From NCBI GenBank assembly GCA_038087875.1, contig JAXLNO010000520.1, positions 62,001-89,517 on the forward strand: a DNA stretch of 27,517 nt, in the 5' to 3' direction. Positions 1 to 9,590 of this stretch are shown piece after piece (within the stretch, counting starts at the first letter, position 1; every line of letters begins with the position of its first letter). A program made the translations under genes and the position numbers. The notes under the pieces are model-generated. The model saw only the letters and a program-made list of their open reading frames with translations, ran no database searches and was not told the DNA's origin. Origin of the DNA: Malacoraja senta. Lineage: Eukaryota.

Positions 1-784
1 TTGGGATTTGACTCATTAAAATCTCCACCATAGCCGCATCCGGGTTCTTGTTTTGATGTCGACACAGCACACCGTGTAGGGCCGATAGTCCCACGTCGGT
101 GTCCGCATGCGGTGGAATGTAGACGGCTGTGACGATCACTGAGCCAAACCCCCGGGGAAGGTAGAATGGGCGGCATGAGATCGTCAGGTGCTCCAGGTCC
201 GGCGAGCAGGAACGGGAAAGCATCTTGATATTTCCAGGGTTGCACCAGTTGTTATTGGTCATGAGGCAGACTCCTCCACCCTTGGATTTCCCAGATGCTT
301 CTGTTCTGTCAGCACGGTGTCAGCGAGGTCAGCCATGTCTCGGTCAGGCAGAGGATGTTGCAGTCCATTATGTCCCGCTGGAATCTGATCCTCGCCCTGA
401 TGTCATCCAGCTTGTTTTCCTGGGACTGGACGTTCGCCAGAAGAATGCTGGGCAGAGGAGGACGAAAGGCTTGGGCTCTCAGCCTATTCCGAATCCCCCC
501 CCCGCTTACCCCGGTGTTTTCTCCGTGTTTTCCTTGTAGCCGAGCTCCCATTGTTGTTGCACCAGCCTCTGTTGATCTCTGCTGGCCAATGCTGGATCGG
601 CAAGTACAGCGTTTAAAAAGTCTCCGTTTTCGCTAGGGTTTAGATTTAAGAGGGTTTCCCTCCCATACTTTGTTAGTACTAGGGAGTTGGAACTTAGAAA
701 CAAGTTAAAAAGGAACACGAAAGTTAAAAATATGCACAGTTTCCGCGGAGCTGCCACGACGGCGACTGGAGAGGGCCGCGCCAT
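1..784 (-). pseudogene. Frameshifted N-terminus and APE endonuclease domain of the LINE ORF
   Basis: ORFs 506..784 and 309..551 join by a frameshift. There is a stop at 309, and the endonuclease motifs continue to position 1. Confidence 0.8.
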
Positions 785-787
785 CTT
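1..787 (-). mobile_element. Rex1/Babar-type (CR1-group) LINE, 5' end; continues beyond the window start
   Basis: Minus strand begins AAGATGGCGCGG. It encodes APE endonuclease motifs PPLPSILLANVQS..NK, CNILCLTETWL, VIVTAVYIPP and GDFN. Confidence 0.85.
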
Positions 788-795
788 TGTTTTCC

Positions 796-1043
796 GGTAG
801 AGTCATTGCTTTACGGTGCTCACAGTGTCAGATACCCGGTGCAAATCCGACCACGGCTGCAGTCTGTACAGAGTTTGTACATTTCCCAGTAACCACGTAG
901 GCTTCCCACACTCCAAAGATGTACAGGTTTGTAGGTTAATTGGGTTGGTATAAAAGTGAAATTGTCCCTTGTGTGTCTAGGATAGTGCTAATGTGCAGGG
1001 ATCACTGGCCTGTTTGCACGCTGTATCTCTAAACTAAACTAAA
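796..1043 (+). mobile_element. HE1-like tRNA-derived V-SINE, degraded and 5'-truncated
   Basis: Collinear with the SINE at 12097-12417 (GGTAGAGT, GTAGGTTAATTGG, TAGGATAGTG) and ends in a (CTAAA)n tail. Confidence 0.75.
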
Positions 1044-1125
1044 GATCGATGATTAGTGTGGACTGTGTGGGTCGAAAGGGCCTGTTTCCACATTGTATCT
1101 TTCAATTCAATTCAATTAATTTCAA
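1044..1125 (+). mobile_element. 3' end of a second SINE or CR1 with a (TTCAA)n tail
   Basis: GGGTCGAAAGGGCCTGTTTCC 3' stem-loop motif followed by TTCAA repeats. Confidence 0.6.
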
Positions 1126-1127
1126 AA

Positions 1128-1158
1128 TTGCTTCAAGTTCCTGGGTGTGCATATCTCT
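1128..1158 (+). mobile_element. Old Rex/Babar RT fragment, left piece (resumes at about 6944)
   Basis: Encodes [10 protein letters not shown]. The next expected motifs (ITKKAHQRLYFL) appear right after 6943. Confidence 0.65.
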
Positions 1159-1466
1159 TAAGGGCCTGTCCAACTTAAGCTATTTTTAGGCGACTGCCGG
1201 CGACTGTCATAGTCGTAGCAGGTCGCCGAGAAACCAGCGACTGGACCCCCCTTCGACATAAAATTTGAAATAGAATCATTACTTTAACAACAACAAAGAA
1301 CGAAGTCAGCACCAGCAACATCCTACAGCGCATTTAGAAAGTGTTCAGACCCTTTCATTTGTTCCACATTTTGTTACGTTACAGCCAGATTCTAAAATGG
1401 ATTAAATTCTTTTTTTTAATCATCGATCTATACACGTTACCCCATAATATGCGCAATACCCCATAA

Positions 1467-2413
1467 CGTTCAGCTCCAACTCGATCATCAAGTTTGCTGA
1501 TGACACTGTGGTGGAAGGCCTGATCTCAGATAACGATGAGAAGGCCCACCGGGAGGAGGTGGCTGATCTGGCACTCTGTTGTCAAGACAACAGCCTCCTC
1601 TTCAATGTCAAAAAAACTAAGGAGCTGATCGTGGACTTTAGGAGGGCACATTATCTGAGGACGTACACACCATTGAAGATAAATGGGGATACTGTGGACA
1701 GGGTGAGCTGTTTTAAATACCTGGGATCCCACATCTCTGAGGATATGACATGGACATCACACGCTGCAGCACTCGTGAGTAAGGCAAGGCAGCGCCTTTA
1801 CCACCTCAGGCAATTGAGGAAATTCAGAGTGTCTCTGAGGATCCTCCAGTGCTTCTAGTCAGCAGCTGTGGAAAGCATCTTGTCTGGAAATATCACGATT
1901 TGGTTTGGGAACTGCTCTGCCCAGGACAAGAAGGCTCTGCAGAGAGTAGTGCGTTCGGCCGAACTTCATTATGGGAACTACACTCGCCCCCCTGCAGGAA
2001 CTATACATCAGAAGGTGCAGATCCAGAGCCAACAAGATCATGGGAGACCCCTTCCACCCCAGCAACGGACTGTTCCAGTTGCTACGGTCAGGCAAACGCC
2101 TCCGTTGCCATGTTGTGAGAACGGAGAGGTTGAGAAGGAGTTTCTTCCCAGAGGCCATTAGGACTGTAAACTCCTGTCTCTCCAGGGACTAACTTTACTG
2201 GACCATTCTACTCTTGTGTGATGTCTTTTTAAAATTGCTGTTTTTTTCCTTTTTCTTCCCTCCCACAAATATGTAATATGTGAATATGTGATTCTGTTCC
2301 ATTCTGTTTGGAGTTTGTTTGTTTGTTTTTTAGCACAATCCGCGAGCATTGCCACTTTTCATTTCACTGCACATCTCGTATGTGTATGTGACGAATAAAC
2401 CTGACTTGACTTG
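1467..2413 (+). mobile_element. 5'-truncated Rex1/Babar LINE inserted in the left Tc1 TIR
   Basis: Encodes IIKFADDT, KTKELIVDFRR, FKYLG, KARQRLYHLR and RSFFPEAIR. 3' UTR ends AATAAA plus a (CTTGA)n tail. Confidence 0.9.
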
Positions 2414-2476
2414 AATAAAAAAGTGAAAACAGGTGTTTATAAATTTCACATTTACGTAAGTATTCAGACCATTTAC

Positions 2477-3477
2477 TGAGTACTTTGTTGAGGCACCTTT
2501 GGCAGCAATTACAGCCTCAAGTCTTCTTGGGTATGACGCTGCAAGCTTGGCACACCTGGGTATTTGGGTAATTTCTCCCATTCTTCTCTGCAGATCCTCT
2601 CAAGCTCTGTCAGGTTGGATGGGGTGCGTCGATGCACAGCTATTTTCAGGTCCCTCTAGAGATGTTCGATCGGGTTCAAGTCCGAGCTCTGGCTGGGCCA
2701 TTCAAGGACATTCACAGACTTGTCACGAAGCCACTCCTGCATTGTCTTGGCTGTGTGCTTGGGGTCGTTGTCCTGTTGGAAGGTGAACCTCTGCCCCAGT
2801 CTGAGGTCCTGAATGCTCTGGAGCAGGTTTTCATGAAGGATCTCTCTGTACTTTGCTCCGTTCATCTTTCCCTCAATCCTGACTAGTCTCCCAGATTCTG
2901 CCGCTGAAAAACATCCCCACAGCATGATGCTGCCACTACCGTGCTTCACCATAGGTATGGTATTGGCCAGGATGATGAGCGCTGCCTGGTTTCTTTCAGA
3001 TGCGATACTTGGCATTCAGACCAAAGAGTTCAATCTTGGTTTCATCAGACCAGAGAATCTTGTTTAGGTGGCTTTTGGCAAACTCCAAGCAGGCTGTCAT
3101 GTGCCTTTTACTGAGCAGTGGCTTCCGCCTGGCCACTCTACCATAAAGGAGAGATTGGTGGAGTGCTGTAGATATAGTTGTCCTTCTGGAAGGTTCTCCC
3201 ATCTCCACAGAGGAACTCTGGAGCTCTGTCAGAGTGACCATTGGGTTCTTGGTCACCTGCCTGACCAAGGCCCTTCTCCCCCGATTGCTCAGTTTGGCTG
3301 GGAGGCCAGCTTTATGAAGAGTCCTGGTGGTTTCAAAGTTCTTCCATTTAAGAATGACGGAGGCCACTGTGCTCTTCGGGACCTGCAATGCTGCAGAAAT
3401 TGTTTTATACCCTTCCCCAGATCTGTGTCTCGACACAATCCTGTCTCTGAGGTCTACGGACAATTCCTTGCCTTCAT
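2477..3477 (-). pseudogene. Tc1 DD34E transposase pseudogene
   Basis: Paired-like HTH region (ELSVDLRDRIV...), ARRKPLL, WSDETK and FQQDNDPKH...DLNPIE with 34 residues between D and E. Frameshifts near 3470 and 3000, premature stop at 2656. Confidence 0.93.
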
Positions 3478-4017
3478 GGCTTGGTTTTTGCTCTAGCATG
3501 CACCGTTAATTGCGGGACCTTATATAGACAGGTGTGTGCCTTTCGAAAACATGTACAATCAATTTAATTTACCACTGGTGGACTTCAATCAAGTTGTAGA
3601 AACATTTCAAGGATAATCAATGGAAACAGGATGAAGCGAAGCTCAATTTTGAGTGTCATAGCAAAGGGTCTGAATACTCATGTAAATGTGATATTTCAGT
3701 TATTTCTTTTTAATTACTTTGTAAACATTTCTAAACACCTGTTTTCCCTTTTTTATTATGAGGTATTGTGTATAGATTGATGATAATAAAATGAATTTAA
3801 TCCATTCTTAGAATAAGGTTGTAGTAACAAAATGCGGAAAAAGTGAAGGGGTCTGAATACTTTCTGAATGCATTGTACGTCACCTGGTGACAACCTACGT
3901 TAACCTGGCGATAACTACGACAGCACCTACGCCAGGAGAAGTCAAGCTATGCTCATTGACGTCAAACCCATTTCTTCTTCTTCTTGCGAATGAAACATAA
4001 ATAAACCAAAGGAATAG

Positions 4018-6740
4018 TTAGATCTCAAGCCGGGTGTTGAGCAGCCAGGTTGTTGTCTCTGCGTCAATGTCTGCCAGGCCCTGAGCTCCACTTGGTGGGT
4101 GGTAGAGCGGGCACCCAGAGATGACATGGTTGGCTGTCTGTTGTTCTGCTCCGCATTCACAGGCTGGGCTCTGGCGGAGCCCCCATCTCCACATGCTGGC
4201 ATTGAAATGCCTAACTCCAGTACCAAGTCTGTTGAGCTTCACCCATGCTCCTCTGGGGAGGTCAGACCCTGGACAGCTTTTATCTGGTGAAGAGATGTAG
4301 CTGTGTAATGGAGATGAGGTTGCCTTCCACTCCTGTGACCACCTGCTGGCTATCCAGTGTGCTTTTGTCTCAGTCGGCTGGATTGATGCTAGGAGTTTTT
4401 TTTCCATGTGGAGCAAAGGGGTGACGGGACTTCAGTCGGGGTGGCCACTGCTCTCTGCTGATAGCCTGATGGAGGAGGTGCTCTGGGTCCATGGCACGAC
4501 GAGATAGTGCCAGAGTTGCTGCTTGCCTTCGGATCCCTGCAGTTGGAATGCCTGCAAGTATAGGGAGCTGCTCGACTGGGGTAGGTTGAAGGCTCCCAAT
4601 GATGGTTCGCAAGGTGCTGTTCAGGCTCATGTAGGAATGTTACAAAACTTACCTTCAGTCGCGCTGTAATTCTGCCACTGGCCGTGTGCGCGATTTTGGC
4701 ACCTTTAAGGGGGGGCGGGGTTAAAACGCGGGTTTCTCCTCCCTTGTCCTGGTTAATATTTTGTTGGAGTACAAGTGTTGGCTGACAAATCGTTCCTAGC
4801 GGCGTTTTGTGAATTTTTTATTTTTATTAAATCGTCAATGTCAGCGCTAGAGTAATTTTAAAAGCAGCTCCTGAAGCGTCAACGCCGATAACGGGGACGG
4901 ATTTCACACACGGGACAGGTAAACGAAAGCGGTTTCTTTAAATGTATAAAAGTGCTTCTTAAGAAGCCTTTAAGTCACATTTTTTCATGCGACACGGTGA
5001 TTTTATTCCCCGAACTAACGGCAGTATTTTTCATGCCAATACAGGGTTAAATTCACCGCAAATGAACGTTCCAAAAGATCGCGTTCCAGAAATCCTCACT
5101 CACAAGATGATTTAAATGCCCATTAATTTACAGGTATTAAACATTCAATTCCTTCCATTTGGCCTGTAAATTCATGAAACTAACTAATTAATTATATGCT
5201 TTACTTTCATGTCTTCTAAGTAAGATTGTTTCATATTTGTTTCAGAATGCTTCAATCTATAATAACTGAAAATTTCTTTCAGTTATCTTAATTTTTAAGA
5301 AAGTTATGGGCTTTTAACTGTCCTCGATCACAGCTTTTGTGTTAAGTCAATGGAAAAGCAATAGGGAACAAGATGCTAATTTCCGAGTATGAAAATGGCC
5401 ATAACTTCTTTAATACTGAAGATATGAAAGTGAATTAGGTGTCAAATTAAACTTCTTTTTATGCTTTATCTGATGGGATAAATTGCAGACTTTATTTTTA
5501 AAATCTCAACATTTTGTAACATTGCTAGCTCATGTCTACCAGGCTAGTATGTCTGCTTCTACTCCATACGTGTGAGCAGTACTCAGCTGGAGCATACACA
5601 AGAGCTAAGGCAGTAGTGCGAAGAGTTGATGGGCCGGCTCTCCAACTTGTTCCTGCCAGGCGTCGGATGAGGCCGCTACGTGCCATGACCTTGTCGCAGA
5701 GACCAGTCAGGTGTTGACGAAATGTAAACGACCTGTCCAGCTTTGCGCCGAGGTAAGTGGGTGTTTGTTGGCAGTCCAAGCGCCTGTTGTTAACGAAGAC
5801 AGCTAGCTCTCGCTTAGCTTCCTTGTTGTTTAGATGAAATGCTGTTGACACTGTTTTGCCTTCGTTCAGCTTTAGACGCCACTGTCGTAGGTATACTGCC
5901 AAAGTCCCCATGTCTTGACTCAAGGAGCTTTCGATTGTCTTCCACTCTTTGTGTCTCATCAGGATGGCTAGATCGTCAGCATACCCATATTTTCCAGCGA
6001 TGGTCTCTGGGAGGTCATGGATGTACACGTTGAAAAGCAGCGGAGTCAAGACGGATCCCATGTGGGACGCCATTCTTCAGTTTACGTCGTCTACTCTGCT
6101 GTCCATCACTGGTCTTAAGCACAAAGCTGCGGTTTGATATCAGCTCCATGATGTAGCGTACCATGCGCCTGTCTGGCAGCACCTGAAGTAGCTTTGCAGT
6201 TAGTCCCCAGTGCCACACGGTGTCATAGGCAGCTGTCAGATCTATAAAAACAGCTCCTGCCTTCTCATTTGCCTCAAAGCAGTCCTCAATGTCTTGAGTG
6301 AGGTGGATTACCTGGTCCGCAGTAGATCGACCTTGGCGGAAACCAGCCTGCTCGTGGGGTAGTTGAGGGTCTATGATGGGGTTGGTATTCCCATGGATCA
6401 GCCTCTCAAGGAGTTTGTATGGGATGAAGAGGAGCGAGATGGGCCGGTAGCTTTTAGGATCATCCTTTGTCTTGTTTGGCTTTGGGAGAGCGATGACTGC
6501 TGCACGGCGCCAGATCTTTGGGATTTTTCACTTCTCCATGGAGGTCGACAGGTACTGTCAGAGCCAGTTGGTAGCAGCGTCTCCAGAATGTAATAGAAAT
6601 TCCGGGTGTATGCTGTCAGGTTGGGGGCCTTTCCTGCTTTCAACATCTTGAATGCTGTGGCCATTTCCTCGGAGGTGAAGGACATTTTCTAACCATATCC
6701 ACTCTGTATCCAATCTGTCAGTTTTCCATGACTCGTCCAA
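4018..6740 (-). pseudogene. Reverse transcriptase plus C-terminal CCHC domain, disrupted (split by the MITE at 4632-5527)
   Basis: QAGFRQGRSTADQV, FIDLTAAYDTVWH, GVPHG and YADD. The ORF ending LVDMS (5525) resumes as MSLNSTLR (4630). Confidence 0.88.
4632..5527. mobile_element. 896-bp non-autonomous TIR transposon (hAT-like, tentative)
   Basis: 16-bp TIRs TAGGAATGTTACAAAA / TTTTGTAACATTGCTA with 1 mismatch. Target duplication GCTCATG at 4625-4631 and 5528-5534. No ORF. Confidence 0.85.
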
Positions 6741-6943
6741 CTCTTTGGTCAAACCCACTGTCGCCGACTGTCTCCGAAATTTCAACATGTTGAAAATCCA
6801 GCGTCGACCAGAAAGACGCTATGACTCTTTGGGCAATTGAGGAGACTACTCACGACCATACAGGCGACACCCCGGTGACCATGTGGAGACAGCCTAGTCG
6901 CATGTAGTCGCATAATAAATAGCCTAAGTGGGACAGGCCCTTT

Positions 6944-7422
6944 GAAATCTGTTCTGGGACAGGTGCATTGATGTAATCACAAAGAAAGCTCATCAACGCC
7001 TCTATTTCCTGGAAGAATGAAGAGATTCATTATGCATCGTACTTCAACAGGTGGATGGTAGAGAGCATACTGACTGCTTACATCGCGGTCTGGTTTTGGC
7101 AACTCAAACATCCAGGAATGCATCCAGAAACATGAACATTCTCAGTCCATCACTGGAATTGACCTCTCCAGCATTGAAGAGATCTACAGGAGGCACAGCC
7201 TCAAGATGGAAGCTAATACTATCAAAGACCCACACACGAATCTTGCTGCTATGATCAGAAAGAAGGCACAGGAGCCTGAGAACCTTGACCTCCAAGTTCT
7301 TTCCAGTAAACAACAGGTTCTTGAACCACTCAACACAACCCTAACCACAACGCTGGCAGCAACAATCTCCCCTGGACTTTGTTTTAATTGCACTACATAC
7401 TTTGCTTTTTGCACCATTATTG
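6944..7422 (+). mobile_element. Old, decayed Rex/Babar 3' region (3' UTR resumes at about 8164-8300)
   Basis: Decayed ITKKAHQRLYFL, ESILT.. and IKDPH motifs; LINE-type end TGACAATCAAAC near 8283-8295. Confidence 0.65.
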
Positions 7423-7431
7423 CCTGGTTAA

Positions 7432-8154
7432 GGTCAGTTTATTGTCATATGTACCAGTTAAGGTACAGTGAAATTTGAGTTACCATACAGCCAAACTAAG
7501 TGAAAAGCAACAAGACACACAAACACATAAAAGTTAACATAAACATCCATCACAGTGGATTCCACATTCCTCACTCTGATGGAAGGCAATAAAGTTCAAT
7601 CTTCTTCCTCTTTATTCTCCCGCAGTCGGGGCAGTCAACCCATCCGCAGTTGGGGCGATCAAAGCCCCCGCAGCCTACAATCGAAGCCCCCATCGGGGTG
7701 ATCGAAACTCCCGCGTCGGGGAGGTTGAAACTCTCTCCACGGCATGGGGCTACTGAATCGGCCTCTTCTTACCAGAGACTGCGGGCTTCACGATGTCAAA
7801 GTCCACAAACCCCGCGGTTGGAGCCTCGATCCACGGCAAAGGGATTGCAAGCTCAGCAATATTAAAATCCCGCAGACTCCTGCGGTTTGGAGCGCCAGGT
7901 CAGTCTCCACGAAAGGCCGCCAACTCCACAACGTTAGGTGGCAGTGGGGACGGAGATATGATACTGAAAAAAATCGCATCTCCGTCGAGGTAAGAGATTG
8001 AAAAAAAGATTACCCCAACACCCCCTCCCCACCCCCACCTCCCACAAAAATCAAACTAAGGATCATTAAAACATTTTTAACACATACTAAAAATAACAAA
8101 AAAGAAGAAAGGACAAACATACTGTTGGCGAGGCAGCCACTGCTGGTGGTGCCA
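7432..8154 (-). mobile_element. About 720-bp non-coding, non-autonomous retroposon with a Rex/Babar-type 3' end
   Basis: 9-bp TSD CCTGGTTAA at 7423-7431 and 8155-8163. Minus-strand 3' end TGACAATAAACTGACC. No Pol III boxes recognised and no credible ORF. Confidence 0.7.
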
Positions 8155-8319
8155 CCTGGTTAACTAGTATTATTGATTTTTAATTTATTGCAGGATTGAT
8201 TCTTGTACATTTATTTGTTGTGCTATTGAGCGTTTAAGAGCCTCAGCAAGTATTCATCTCATTATTCTGTTCCAGGTACATATGACAATCAAACACACTC
8301 GCCTCTCTTGATGTTCGCA

Positions 8320-8450
8320 GTGAAGCTGCAGACAATACCGTCAAAGACTCACACCTCCTTGCCCACACTCTAATCTCGATGCAATGATTGGGAGGAAGAC
8401 ACAAGAGCCTGTGAACTGCGACCTCCGGGTTCATTCCAGCAATTACCACA
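8320..8450 (+). mobile_element. Short decayed Rex/Babar ORF C-terminal fragment
   Basis: Residual KA..T.KD.H...H and GRRHKSL motifs. Confidence 0.45.
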
Positions 8451-8524
8451 CCACATGTCACGAGCTGGATGAAAAAACTTGTGATGTCAGTTTCCCACCA
8501 ATGTGAATCTCTCTCTGTGGTTTG

Positions 8525-8738
8525 TGTAAACAAGAGATTCACATGATATGTTATCCAAGATCATCTTTAATCGTTATGCAAACTATAGCAGTACAGTAGA
8601 TTGTTAGTTGTCAGAGCATCCTGACTGCTTCCAGAGCTGAGCAGTATAGGAAGTGGATGTTAATATAAATGATACAGTAAGGTGGGGTTAGTGATGCTAA
8701 CCTATTATGATTGGTTGTCATACATAAACCAATCTACA
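8525..8738 (-). repeat. 3' LTR of the TRIM-like element
   Basis: Direct repeat of 9281-9494 (about 10 substitutions by eye). Adjacent PPT AGGGGGAAGGA at 8739-8749. Confidence 0.92.
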
Positions 8739-9262
8739 TCCTTCCCCCTAAAGAGTGAGTATAGTGAGCACACATGCCATAAGAATTAGACATATTTGCC
8801 ATATCTATCAGGCGGTCTACTAATACAACCCGAATGCGTACGGACCAAGCCCTCTCCTCCTTCACCGGAAAGATTAGAGTGAGGGGGTGAACCCTTTTTG
8901 TAGACCTGTCGCTTCGCAGAGCTGGTCGACACATTAAACGGTCAGCGCGAAACTGAAACTAAATCCATCAACCTGACTGGATTCACTATACCGCGAGCAC
9001 AGACAGACAACAGAAGATTTACGACCCAGGTCCCTCGACTGGCCAACCCTGGATCTGATAATGAGCCTCCCAGAAGATGACCCAATTGTAATTATCTGCA
9101 CAATAAGCAAATGCTATGTCCAGCTCATGGGAAGGCTTGCAACTATTGCAAGAAAATGAACCATTTCGCTGCCACCTGTTGCTACTCTCAAGAAGGATAA
9201 AAATGAACTCCGCGTGTGCATCAATCCGAAAGACTTGAACTCTGCCATCAGGCGCCCTCACT

Positions 9263-9280
9263 ATCCCACTTCTGACACCA
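9263..9280 (-). promoter_or_regulatory. Primer-binding site complementary to the tRNA-Leu 3' end
   Basis: TGGTGTCAGAAGTGGGAT lies immediately inside the 5' LTR and is complementary to ...AUCCCACUUCUGACACCA of vertebrate tRNA-Leu(CAA), from recall. Confidence 0.85.
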
Positions 9281-9494
9281 TGTAAACAAGAGATTCACAC
9301 GATATGTAATCCAAGGTCATCTTTAATCGTTATGCAAACTATAGCAGTACAGTAGATTGTTAGTTGTCAGAGCATCCTGACTGCTTCCAGAACTGAGCAG
9401 TATAGGAAGTGGGTGTTAATATAAATGATACAGTAAGGTTGGGTTAGTGATGCTAACCTATTGAGATTGGTTGCCATGCATAAACCAATCTACA
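9281..9494 (-). repeat. 5' LTR of the TRIM-like element
   Basis: TGTAAACAAG...AATCTACA; direct repeat of 8525-8738. Confidence 0.92.
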
Positions 9495-9590
9495 GTTTGG
9501 AGCAACATTATTAAAACTGGAGCGGAACATTTCATTCTATTGTTTCCCGTTGCTTTGCCAAAAGCATCCTGGCAAATTCTGAAGTGACCA

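Larger units (their letters stand above)
1326..3875 (-). mobile_element. Tc1-family IR/DR DNA transposon, full length and defective
   Basis: TA duplications at 1324-1325 and 3876-3877. About 210-bp TIRs (CAGCGCATTTAGAAAGTGTTCAGACCC / GGGTCTGAATACTTTCTGAATGCATTG) with inner direct repeats near 2456-2474 and 3662-3682. Confidence 0.95.
3971..6747 (-). mobile_element. 5'-truncated Ingi/Vingi-like non-LTR retrotransposon
   Basis: 10-bp TSD GTCAAACCCA at 3961-3970 and 6748-6757, and a (GAA)n tail. RT motifs plus the RLAGTSW..TLRT..LALVY..AEYC signature. C-terminal CECG..H....C zinc finger; no RNase H seen. Confidence 0.8.
1162..6940. mobile_element. Non-autonomous TIR DNA transposon, PIF/Harbinger-like (about 450 bp of its own sequence, expanded by nested insertions)
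   Basis: TIRs: GGGCCTGTCCAACTTAAGCTATTT at 1162 and AAATAGCCTAAGTGGGACAGGCCC ending at 6940. It splits a LINE fragment. Own pieces are 1162-1323, 3878-3970 and 6758-6940. The superfamily is inferred from the GGGC termini; the TSD is imperfect. Confidence 0.7.
8525..9494 (-). mobile_element. 970-bp TRIM-like non-autonomous Gypsy (Mag-like) LTR retrotransposon
   Basis: Two 214-bp TG...CA LTRs, 5-bp TSD GTTTG (8520-8524 and 9495-9499), PBS and PPT on the minus strand. Confidence 0.92.
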
